DNA of 64,000 nt from an uncultured Ohtaekwangia sp. (GCA_964540915.1 CAZIOY010000003.1:38440-102439); one strand, 5' to 3'; positions 31,999 to 39,832 are shown, counted from the first letter of the stretch. Numbers and translations are program-made. The notes: generated by a model not told the origin, from the letters alone.

Positions 31999-33018
31999 AT
32001 GGAAAACCTCCAAGCCTTCAAGTCGCTAATCAGCTCGCCAAAGCGGGTAGTTATCGTAACTCATTTCAAACCAGATGCCGATGCATTGGGGTCTTCTTTG
32101 GGTCTGGCGGGGTATTTAATTAAAAAAGGCCATTCGGTTTCAGTGATTACTCCCAGCAACTATCCTGATTTTTTGGCTTGGATGCCCAGAAATGAATCCG
32201 TATTGGCGCTTTCTAACGACAAGCCTGAAATTGAGAAACGGGCAGAGCAACTCATTCATGAATCAGAAGTGGTTTTCTGTCTGGATTTCTCCAGTTTGAG
32301 TCGCATCAATAGCCTGGGTGAAATGATTCGCAAGTCAGGTGCTGTCAAAGTATTAATCGATCATCACCTTGAGCCTGAGAACTTTGCCCAGTTTGTGCAA
32401 TGGACTACAGCCTCGGCATCAACAGCAGGTCTTATCTTTGAACTGATCGAAGAGTTGGGCGAGAAGGCGTTGATTGATCGTGATATTGCAAATTGTTTGT
32501 ATGCCGGCCTGATGACCGACACAGGAGGTTTCAGGCACAACAATACTCGTCAGAAAGAATTTTTGATTGCATCGGAATTGGTTGGCCTTGGAGCAGACCC
32601 TCATGAAACTGCCCGCTTGATATATGATACCAGCACCCTGGAGCGACTTCGTCTTACGGGATTTGTATTAAGTCAAAAGTTGGTGGTATTGCCGGAATAC
32701 AACACAGCCTATATGACACTCAGTCAGGATGAATTGAAAGCCTATGGCGCTCAAACCGGTGACACAGAAGGATTAGTCAACTATGGGTTATGCATAAAAG
32801 GCGTAAAGCTTTCTGTGCTGATGTATGACCGAAAGGAAGAAATAAAATTGTCGTTTCGTTCGTTGGGAGATTTTTCGGTGAATGAGATGGCGCGAAAATA
32901 TTTTGAGGGAGGGGGTCACAGAAATGCTTCTGGCGGATCGTCCAAACTTAGCCTGGAAAACACCTTAAAGAAATTACTGGAAATTTTACCAGAATATAAA
33001 GTTCAATTAAATAAGTAA
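31999..33018 (+). CDS. DHH/DHHA1 family phosphoesterase (NrnA-like oligoribonuclease/pAp phosphatase)
   Basis: THFKPDADALGSS (DHH motifs I-II), DHH at IDHH, and a C-terminal GGGHRNASG (DHHA1). ATG at 31999. Confidence 0.85.
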   Translation: MENLQAFKSLISSPKRVVIVTHFKPDADALGSSLGLAGYLIKKGHSVSVITPSNYPDFLAWMPRNESVLALSNDKPEIEKRAEQLIHESEVVFCLDFSSLSRINSLGEMIRKSGAVKVLIDHHLEPENFAQFVQWTTASASTAGLIFELIEELGEKALIDRDIANCLYAGLMTDTGGFRHNNTRQKEFLIASELVGLGADPHETARLIYDTSTLERLRLTGFVLSQKLVVLPEYNTAYMTLSQDELKAYGAQTGDTEGLVNYGLCIKGVKLSVLMYDRKEEIKLSFRSLGDFSVNEMARKYFEGGGHRNASGGSSKLSLENTLKKLLEILPEYKVQLNK

Positions 33019-33050
33019 ATAAAGAGTAGTTCAACCTGTAAAAATCAAAA

Positions 33051-33974
33051 ATGAAAAAATCAATTGTAGCGGTAAGTCTTGTGGCGATGTTAGTGATGGC
33101 ATGTTCAAACACCAAAGAAACTAAGTCGGGTTATAAGTATAATGTAGTGCGTGAGGGCGATGGCAAGTTGCCCACCACAGGTCAAATTCTTGTTTTAAAC
33201 ATGACTTTCAAAGACTCCAAAGACTCAATTTGGTCGGATAGTCGCAAAGCTGATTTCCCAACGATGGTGCAAAAACAAGATACTGTGCCACAGGGCGATA
33301 TCGTGTTGGAGGTTTTCCAGATTTTGACGAAGGGCGATAGCGTAACCTTTCAGGTTTCAACCAAAGATTTATTTGAGAAGACTTTCAAATCTCCGATACC
33401 TCCCGGTGTTGATTCGGTGGGAGTATTTACATTTCAAATTGGCGTGACCGATGTGATTTCGGAAGAAGATGCCAAGAAAATGCAAGCCGAATTCATGGCA
33501 AAGATCAATGAAAAAGAAGCTCTGAAACAGCAGGAGCAACTGGCTAGCGATACAGTAACCATTGATAATTATTTGAAAAACAAATCTATTGTTGCACAGA
33601 AGACCACCTCAGGGTTGCGATATGTAATTGAAAAGCAAGGTAAAGGGGATAGTCCGAGACCGGGCCAGACAGTGAGAGTAAATTATAGTGGCTTTATACT
33701 GGATGGTCCTTGTGTTGATAGCAGCATTGAGTCCGTAGCCCGCGCCAACAATGTATATAATGAAGCCCGCGCTCCTTATGAGCCACTGGAAGTTGTGTTA
33801 GGATATGGCCAGGTAATGCAAGGATGGGAAGAAGCTCTGACACTTATGAACAAGGGTTCAAAGATGAAGGTCTACATTCCATCAGGTCTTGCGTATGGTC
33901 CACAACAAAGAAGCGAAGTGATTAAAGCAAATTCAGTGCTGTGGTTTGAAATGGAATTGATTGATATTAAGTAA
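33051..33974 (+). CDS. FKBP-type peptidyl-prolyl cis-trans isomerase, lipoprotein
   Basis: Lipobox (LVMAC). C-terminal FKBP domain (VRVNYSGFILDG...VMQGWEEAL...YIPSGLAYG). Confidence 0.85.
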   Translation: MKKSIVAVSLVAMLVMACSNTKETKSGYKYNVVREGDGKLPTTGQILVLNMTFKDSKDSIWSDSRKADFPTMVQKQDTVPQGDIVLEVFQILTKGDSVTFQVSTKDLFEKTFKSPIPPGVDSVGVFTFQIGVTDVISEEDAKKMQAEFMAKINEKEALKQQEQLASDTVTIDNYLKNKSIVAQKTTSGLRYVIEKQGKGDSPRPGQTVRVNYSGFILDGPCVDSSIESVARANNVYNEARAPYEPLEVVLGYGQVMQGWEEALTLMNKGSKMKVYIPSGLAYGPQQRSEVIKANSVLWFEMELIDIK

Positions 33975-33986
33975 TCAATCGTATCC

Positions 33987-34499
33987 ATGAAACAGATAAT
34001 TATTATAGCATTTGTTGTTGGATTAGCATTCCTGCAATCGTGTGGTGATGACAATGCTACTACCTGCACGAAAATAGTGTCTGCTGAAACGTTGGCCTCT
34101 ATTGATAAAACCAGGCTTGCTTCGGATATCATTGCGATTGACACCTATCTGGCCAATAATAGTATCTCGGCTCAATCAGAACCAAATGGTGTCAGGTATG
34201 TAATTACAACCCAAGGACCAGGCGTAACACCCTGCCTTGAAAATACCATTAATGTTAAGTATTCGGGCATATTGCTCAAAACCGGAACCGTGTTTAATGC
34301 GACCTCACCAGAAGTTCCATTTAAATTGAGTGGCTTAATTTTAGGATGGCAATTGGTGTTACCATTAATTCCAGCAGGCTCTAAAGTTACGCTCTATATT
34401 CCTTCTGGTCTGGGATATGGCGTAGCCGGTGGAGCAAATGGGGCAATACCATCTAATGCAAATTTGATTTTCGAGATAGAATTTATTTCTGTGCGCTGA
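33987..34499 (+). CDS. FKBP-type peptidyl-prolyl cis-trans isomerase, lipoprotein
   Basis: Lipobox (FLQSC). FKBP domain (VKYSGILLKTG...LILGWQLVL...YIPSGLGYG). Confidence 0.85.
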   Translation: MKQIIIIAFVVGLAFLQSCGDDNATTCTKIVSAETLASIDKTRLASDIIAIDTYLANNSISAQSEPNGVRYVITTQGPGVTPCLENTINVKYSGILLKTGTVFNATSPEVPFKLSGLILGWQLVLPLIPAGSKVTLYIPSGLGYGVAGGANGAIPSNANLIFEIEFISVR

Positions 34500-34500
34500 T

Positions 34501-35082
34501 ATGCTTTGTTTTGCCACCAATAATCAGCACAAGATCCAGGAAGTCCGGGCCCATTTGGGTTCGGACTTTCAATTGGTAGGACTTGAGGAAATTGGTTGCA
34601 CCGTTGAATTGCCTGAAGAGCAACCCACCCTGGAGGGAAACTCTTTTCAGAAGGCAGAATATGTTTATAAAAATTTTGGCGTCTCCTGCTTTGCGGATGA
34701 TACAGGCTTAGAGGTAGAGGCATTGCAGGGTGCCCCCGGAGTATATTCTGCCCGCTATGCCGGAGAGCAGCGTAGTGCAGAAGATAATATGAAGCTTCTT
34801 CTTAAAAACTTAAGCACTTCACAAAATAGAAAGGCCAGATTTAGAACAGTGATTACAGTGATTACACCTGAATTCACGAAACAATTTGAAGGAACGGTGA
34901 CCGGGCAAATCATTCAGGAACACCGTGGCACCGATGGCTTTGGTTACGATCCTATTTTTTTGCCTGATGGATGCACCAAGACGTTGGCAGAAATGAGCAT
35001 GGAAGAAAAGAATGCGATCAGTCATCGCACACGCGCAGTAAATAAATTGATTGAATTTCTGAAGGAGACATATTCCGTGTGA
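34501..35082 (+). CDS. rdgB: non-canonical purine NTP pyrophosphatase (RdgB/HAM1 family)
   Basis: FATNNQHKIQE, ADDTGLEV, GAPGVYSARY, GFGYDPIF. Confidence 0.9.
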   Translation: MLCFATNNQHKIQEVRAHLGSDFQLVGLEEIGCTVELPEEQPTLEGNSFQKAEYVYKNFGVSCFADDTGLEVEALQGAPGVYSARYAGEQRSAEDNMKLLLKNLSTSQNRKARFRTVITVITPEFTKQFEGTVTGQIIQEHRGTDGFGYDPIFLPDGCTKTLAEMSMEEKNAISHRTRAVNKLIEFLKETYSV

Positions 35083-35107
35083 CTTTAGATGAAAAACAAT
35101 TTAACAC

Positions 35108-35737
35108 ATGAATAAGCCTTTCACCATTGGTATTACGGGCGGAAGTGGTTCTGGTAAAACCTTTTTTCTTCAGGGGCTCTCCTCGTGCTTCAAAGCGGAT
35201 CAAATTTGCTTGATTTCGCAAGACAACTATTACCGGCCTCGCGATCAGCAGCCCATCGATGAGAACGGAGTTAAAAATTTTGATTTGCCGGTGTCGATCG
35301 ATCATGAAGCTTTTCAGCATGACTTGTTATTACTGAAGGCTGGCCAAAATGTAATTAAGCGCGAGTATACATTTAATAATCCGTTTGCGGCCCCCAAGCT
35401 TCTGGAGTTTAAAACAGCACCGATCATTGTGGTGGAGGGTTTGTTCGTTCAGTATTTTGAAGAAATCTCAAACGAGTTGGACTTACGGATTTTTATTGAA
35501 GCCAAAGATCATGTGAAGTTGGGCAGAAGAATAAAACGAGACCAGGTAGAGCGGGGCTATGATATTGATGATGTGTTATACCGCTATCAATATCATGTTA
35601 TGCCTGTATATGAGCGCCTGATTGAGCCTTTGAAGCACAGCGCAGACCTGGTGGTGCCCAATAACAGCCATTTTGAGCGTGCTTTGGACGTATTGGTATG
35701 TTATCTCAAAACACGTGTTACAGGTCTTGTAAATTAA
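35108..35737 (+). CDS. udk: uridine kinase
   Basis: P-loop GITGGSGSGKT, QDNYY, NFDLP. 209 aa. Confidence 0.9.
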   Translation: MNKPFTIGITGGSGSGKTFFLQGLSSCFKADQICLISQDNYYRPRDQQPIDENGVKNFDLPVSIDHEAFQHDLLLLKAGQNVIKREYTFNNPFAAPKLLEFKTAPIIVVEGLFVQYFEEISNELDLRIFIEAKDHVKLGRRIKRDQVERGYDIDDVLYRYQYHVMPVYERLIEPLKHSADLVVPNNSHFERALDVLVCYLKTRVTGLVN

Positions 35738-35748
35738 TTTCTAAACCC

Positions 35749-35756
35749 TACTTTTG
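35749..35756 (+). promoter_or_regulatory. putative -7 promoter element (TACTTTTG) for the secDF leader ORF
   Basis: Exact TAnnTTTG, 20 nt upstream of the ATG at 35776. It lies just after the udk stop and within the N-terminal extension implied by the track start at 35698, which argues for the 35776 start. Confidence 0.45.
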
Positions 35757-35775
35757 TGGGCTTCATGATTCAGAA

Positions 35776-36117
35776 ATGAGAAATAAATCAGTTTATCGGG
35801 GTATTTTAATTATTGCAGGCCTGATGGCTGCTGCCGTGATTATTCTTTCCCATTCCCTTACTGAATTAAAACCGAAGAAAGCAGCCGACACAGAGCAGTC
35901 TGATGAAAAGCCGGATCAAAAAACAGTAATCACAGCCCCGGCTGAAGCGGTAACGCAAGCCAGTGTAGTCAAAATAGACGAACAGTCACCCGACTCCCTG
36001 TTGGAGACCATCACAAACTCAGAAGTTTCCAGGAATTTCACCCCCACTTCTGAAAAAGTATTTGACAAGCTTTTTCAAGTACTCTTTCGCATCGTCATAG
36101 CGCCTAACGCGCCTTAA
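35776..36117 (+). CDS. 113-aa leader ORF with N-terminal signal anchor, ending ...LFRIVIAPNAP-stop; candidate Sec-monitoring arrest peptide upstream of secDF
   Basis: N-terminus MRNKSVYR plus the hydrophobic GILIIAGLMAAAVIIL. Polar, acidic low-complexity middle. The C-terminal motif is shared with the ORF at 39352..39738. The stop lies 104 nt upstream of the secDF ATG. Confidence 0.6.
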   Translation: MRNKSVYRGILIIAGLMAAAVIILSHSLTELKPKKAADTEQSDEKPDQKTVITAPAEAVTQASVVKIDEQSPDSLLETITNSEVSRNFTPTSEKVFDKLFQVLFRIVIAPNAP

Positions 36118-36144
36118 CATCCATCCGTTTAGTTTTTATTTAGT

Positions 36145-36175
36145 GTGATCTCAACAGTTGGGTTCACCGATTTTT
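36145..36175 (+). terminator. terminator-like hairpin plus T5 between the leader ORF and secDF (possible attenuator)
   Basis: GTGATCTCAA-CAG-TTGGGTTCAC (9 pairs, including one G-U, plus one mismatch), then CGA and TTTTT at 36171-36175. Confidence 0.35.
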
Positions 36176-36221
36176 CATCTATAGTATTTTATTTTCAACC
36201 AATTTAAATTAAGTAATAGTT

Positions 36222-39200
36222 ATGCGTAACAAAGGTGTAGTAGTCGTGTTGGCAGTTATTGTCACGCTGCTCTGTTTGTACTACCTGTCGTTTACATTCG
36301 TATCGACCAAAGTAGTGCGGGAGGCAGAGGCGTATGCAACCGACAAAAATGGTTCATTAAGTCTGGCAAAAAAGCAAGTTTATCTTGATTCGCTTTGGAA
36401 CCAGCCGGTTTACAATTTGTTTGGTGCCGAGTATACCTACAAAGAAGTGAAAGAAAATGAGTTGAGCCTTGGTCTCGACTTGCAGGGCGGTATGCACGTG
36501 GTGTTGGAGATTTCTCCTATTGATATCATAAAAGGATTGAGCGGAAACAATCAAGATCCTGCCTTCATGGATGCTCTACGAAAGGCAAAAGAAATGCAGA
36601 AGAACAGCACGGAGAGTTATAGTGCATTGTTCTATAAAGCATTTAAGGATGCAAATCCGGATCGTTCACTTGCTTCGCTCTTTACATCAGCAGCCAACAA
36701 GGACCGTGTAAAACTTACGGATAGTGATGATGTAGTATTGTCATTTTTGAATACGGAAATTGATGGCGCCATTGAGCGTTCCTTCACGATTTTAAAAACC
36801 CGTATCGATCAGTTCGGCACATCGCAACCAAACATTCAGCGTTTGCAGGAAAGCGGTCGTATCCAGATTGAAATTCCGGGAGCCGATAACCCACAGCGTG
36901 TAAGAAAACTGTTGCAGGGAGTTGCACGCCTGGAGTTCTGGGAAGTAATTGAATTTTCTGATCAGCAATTGAATCAGTCGTTGGCGGCAGTTAATGATTT
37001 ATTGGTAAAGGAGCAAAAACAAAAAGCTACCCTCGCCACTGCCGAAGCAAAGAGTGCGGATACGACAAAGGCAATTACAAGTGCCGACTCCACGCAATCA
37101 GCACTTGAAAAAGAACTCGCTGATTTACGAAATACAACAGGCAATGCATTGGATTCATTAAGAAGAGCAACTTCATCACCGCTATTTGCATTGAGTGATC
37201 AGGGAATCCCCTTCTTGTATCAGGTAAAAGACACGGCAGAAATCAATCGCATCTTAAAACGTCCTGATGTGAAGGCGATGTTCCCCCGCACGATTGGTTT
37301 TTTCTGGGATGTAAAATCAGATCCTCAGATGACACCGGACTTAGAAGATATTCAATTGAACTTCATCAATGTCGGTCGTAATGGAAAGCCCTTGCTTACT
37401 GGTGATGTGGTTAATGATGCCCGTTTGGATTATGATCAGTTTGCAAGACCTGCTGTAAGTATGCAGATGAATGCGGCCGGAGCTCGTGCCTGGGCAAAAA
37501 TCACCGCAGCAGCGGCAAGCAAGCAGCCTCAGGGAAGAATAGCCATCGTGTTGGATAATTATGTGTACACAGCGCCTACCGTGCAAGGTGAGATTCCAAA
37601 TGGTAACTCACAGATCACAGGTTCATTTGATTTGGAAGAAGCGAAAGATTTGGCAAACGTATTAAAGGCAGGTTCCTTGCCGGCACAAACACGTATTGTA
37701 GAAGAAGCCATCGTGGGTCCGAGTCTTGGAAAGCTGGCACAAAATCAGGGCCTTATTTCATTGGCGAGTGGTTTGGCTATTGTGGTGTTATTTATGGTGG
37801 CGTATTATTCTAAAGGTGGTTGGGTTGCCAACATTGCATTGTTGTTCAACATTTTCTTCATCCTTGGAATCTTAGCTCAGTTGAATGCAGCCCTTACACT
37901 TCCTGGTATTGCCGGCATCGTGCTCACGATGGGTATGGCCGTGGATGCCAACGTGTTGATTTATGAGCGCATTAAAGAAGAGATGAAATTGGGGCGTAAG
38001 CTTAAGGAAGCTATCAAGAAGGGATATGAAAGAGCATTCACCACCATCTTCGACTCGAACCTGACCACCATGATTACTGCGGCCGCCTTGTTTATATTAG
38101 GCCAGGGCCCGTTGAAGGGTTTTGCGATCGTATTGATGATTGGTATTGCCACCTCATTCTTCTCTTCTGTTTACATATCACGTGTAATTATTGAGTGGAT
38201 GACCCGCAAGGGAGACGAGTCAAATGTTTCTTTCGACACGCCCTTGGCAAACATTGTTAAGAAGAGAAGTGAGTTTGACTTTATTGGATTCAGAAAGAAG
38301 GCCTACTTATTTTCAGGAGCAGTAGTAGTGATTGGTTTCATTCTGATTGCCGTTCAGGGGCTTAACCTGGGTGTTGATTTTAAGGGTGGTCGTTCCTATA
38401 TCGTTTCTTTCAGTCAACCGGTTGTGGCTACTGACATGAAGGTGGCAATGAGTGAAAGCTTTGAAAATTCGGGCGTGGAAGTAAAGAATTACGGAAGTGA
38501 TAACGTGATGAAAGTTACCACCTCTTACCTGGTAGATGATGAATCAGAAGCAGCTGATGAAAAAGTGAAAAATGCACTTATTCAAGGAGTAGAGAAATTC
38601 AAAGGAGTTAAGTACACAGAGAGTGAAGGGCAATTAGATGATCAGCACTTTCTCATTCCATCTTCTTCGAAAGTAGGCGCTACCATTGCAGATGATATTA
38701 AGGGTTCAGCATTTGAAGCCAGTATCGCTTCTCTGATTTTGATTTTCCTTTATATTTTGGTTCGTTTCAAAAAATGGACCTACAGTGTGGGTGCCATTGT
38801 TGCTACTGTTCATGACACATTATTTGTGGTTGCAGCGTTTGGTATTGCAGGCTTTTTTGGAATTTCATTTGAAATCGACCAGGTTTTTGTGGCAGCCGTG
38901 CTTACCATTATTGGTTACTCGATCAACGATACCGTAATCATTTTTGACCGTATACGTGAATACCTTGGCTTTGGTGCCAATCACGATCGCGCCAAAGTAT
39001 TTAATGATGCCATCAACAGCACATTGAGCCGTACGTTAATAACATCAGGCACAACGTTGATTGTGGTAATTGTCCTCTTGATTTTTGGAGGTGAAGTGTT
39101 GAGAGGATTTTCATTCGCCTTGTTTATAGGTATCGGAGTAGGTACATTCTCGTCCATCTTCATTGCAGCTCCTGTTGTGTTGGATTTGGATGTAGAGAAA

Positions 39201-39239
39201 GCAGTCGCTAAAAAATCGGACGCAAAAGTAGCAGCTTAA
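36222..39239 (+). CDS. secDF: protein translocase subunit SecDF (fused SecD-SecF)
   Basis: 1005 aa. TM1, a large periplasmic P1 domain, a 5-TM block, then a second periplasmic domain and 5-TM block. SecD/SecF signature regions are present (LGLDLQGG, DANVLIYERIKEE, INDTVIIFDRIRE). Confidence 0.95.
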   Translation: MRNKGVVVVLAVIVTLLCLYYLSFTFVSTKVVREAEAYATDKNGSLSLAKKQVYLDSLWNQPVYNLFGAEYTYKEVKENELSLGLDLQGGMHVVLEISPIDIIKGLSGNNQDPAFMDALRKAKEMQKNSTESYSALFYKAFKDANPDRSLASLFTSAANKDRVKLTDSDDVVLSFLNTEIDGAIERSFTILKTRIDQFGTSQPNIQRLQESGRIQIEIPGADNPQRVRKLLQGVARLEFWEVIEFSDQQLNQSLAAVNDLLVKEQKQKATLATAEAKSADTTKAITSADSTQSALEKELADLRNTTGNALDSLRRATSSPLFALSDQGIPFLYQVKDTAEINRILKRPDVKAMFPRTIGFFWDVKSDPQMTPDLEDIQLNFINVGRNGKPLLTGDVVNDARLDYDQFARPAVSMQMNAAGARAWAKITAAAASKQPQGRIAIVLDNYVYTAPTVQGEIPNGNSQITGSFDLEEAKDLANVLKAGSLPAQTRIVEEAIVGPSLGKLAQNQGLISLASGLAIVVLFMVAYYSKGGWVANIALLFNIFFILGILAQLNAALTLPGIAGIVLTMGMAVDANVLIYERIKEEMKLGRKLKEAIKKGYERAFTTIFDSNLTTMITAAALFILGQGPLKGFAIVLMIGIATSFFSSVYISRVIIEWMTRKGDESNVSFDTPLANIVKKRSEFDFIGFRKKAYLFSGAVVVIGFILIAVQGLNLGVDFKGGRSYIVSFSQPVVATDMKVAMSESFENSGVEVKNYGSDNVMKVTTSYLVDDESEAADEKVKNALIQGVEKFKGVKYTESEGQLDDQHFLIPSSSKVGATIADDIKGSAFEASIASLILIFLYILVRFKKWTYSVGAIVATVHDTLFVVAAFGIAGFFGISFEIDQVFVAAVLTIIGYSINDTVIIFDRIREYLGFGANHDRAKVFNDAINSTLSRTLITSGTTLIVVIVLLIFGGEVLRGFSFALFIGIGVGTFSSIFIAAPVVLDLDVEKAVAKKSDAKVAA

Positions 39240-39260
39240 ATAAGTTATCTTTGATAAAAA

Positions 39261-39286
39261 GGCTCCGATTAATCGGAGCCTTTTTT
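39261..39286 (+). terminator. rho-independent terminator of secDF
   Basis: Perfect 10-bp palindromic stem GGCTCCGATT/AATCGGAGCC followed by TTTTTT. Confidence 0.85.
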
Positions 39287-39287
39287 G

Positions 39288-39304
39288 TTTAATCGAATTC
39301 TAAT
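39288..39304 (+). promoter_or_regulatory. 17-nt box TTTAATCGAATTCTAAT (copy 1), candidate response-regulator site upstream of the nhaD leader ORF
   Basis: Exact repeat of 41369-41385. It contains TAAT units 11 nt apart. It ends 22 nt before a near-consensus -7 box (TATTTTAG, 39327-39334). Confidence 0.4.
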
Positions 39305-39351
39305 ATTTCATCCAATGCTCTTAGTGTATTTTAGAGGTAACTGTTATTTAA

Positions 39352-39738
39352 ATGAAGAAGCATCTGTTTTTTATGGGAATCGTGGTCACATCGCTTGTGA
39401 TACTTTTCACCATTATTGAAGCTAAGTCTTTTTCTAACCAACATCCGGTTCTAAAGAAGGAGGAAAGGAGGTCTGTCGTGTTGGTCTCTTCTGTTGCTGG
39501 GCCACGATTACCTCTAAATAACTCAGGTGATAAAAATACTGCCTATTTCAAGGAAACTCCATCATTCAGCAGCCAAACATCTACGTATTGCATTCGCAAA
39601 AATCAACAAGTACCCTGTTCTTTCAAAACATTATGTAAAGGACAGAATATAGAAAAGTACAAGTTAATTGAACCTTCAACTCCCCATAGTTTTTTTATGA
39701 CTCTCTTCAGCGCAATAGCATCTCCTAATGCGCCATAA
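39352..39738 (+). CDS. 128-aa leader ORF with N-terminal signal anchor, ending ...LFSAIASPNAP-stop; paralogous candidate arrest peptide upstream of nhaD
   Basis: N-terminus MKKH plus the hydrophobic LFFMGIVVTSLVILFTII. The body is unrelated to the ORF at 35776, but the C-terminal 11 residues share the motif LFxx[VI]x[AS]PNAP followed by TAA. The stop lies 94 nt upstream of the nhaD ATG. Confidence 0.55.
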   Translation: MKKHLFFMGIVVTSLVILFTIIEAKSFSNQHPVLKKEERRSVVLVSSVAGPRLPLNNSGDKNTAYFKETPSFSSQTSTYCIRKNQQVPCSFKTLCKGQNIEKYKLIEPSTPHSFFMTLFSAIASPNAP

Positions 39739-39752
39739 GTTTATTTGATTTG

Positions 39753-39796
39753 TCAATCCTTCTTAATCATTCCTGGCGGTGAGGGATTGATTTTTT
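39753..39796 (+). terminator. intrinsic-terminator-like hairpin plus T6 between the leader ORF and nhaD (possible attenuator)
   Basis: 10-bp stem TCAATCCTTC/GAGGGATTGA (one G-U pair), an 18-nt loop, then TTTTTT at 39791-39796. The stem starts 14 nt after the leader stop codon. Confidence 0.5.
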
Positions 39797-39832
39797 ATTC
39801 TTCTTATATCAATAAACATAATTACTGGAAAT

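Noticed and set aside
35739-35745. TTCTAAA half-site upstream of the secDF leader promoter, considered as a third target of the response regulator.
   Set aside because: It is a single 6-7-nt partial match in AT-rich DNA. Its spacing to the -7 box is 4 nt, against 22-23 nt for the two exact 17-nt boxes. It cannot be distinguished from chance.
35698-35775. Longer start for the secDF leader ORF (track start 35698, overlapping the end of udk). Similar N-terminal extensions occur at 5100, 8691, 10149, 18121, 20852, 31356, 31918, 49045, 53137 and 62294.
   Set aside because: The extensions begin at non-ATG codons, overlap neighbouring genes or promoter boxes, or add residues not expected from the known family N-termini. 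The internal ATGs give canonical N-termini.
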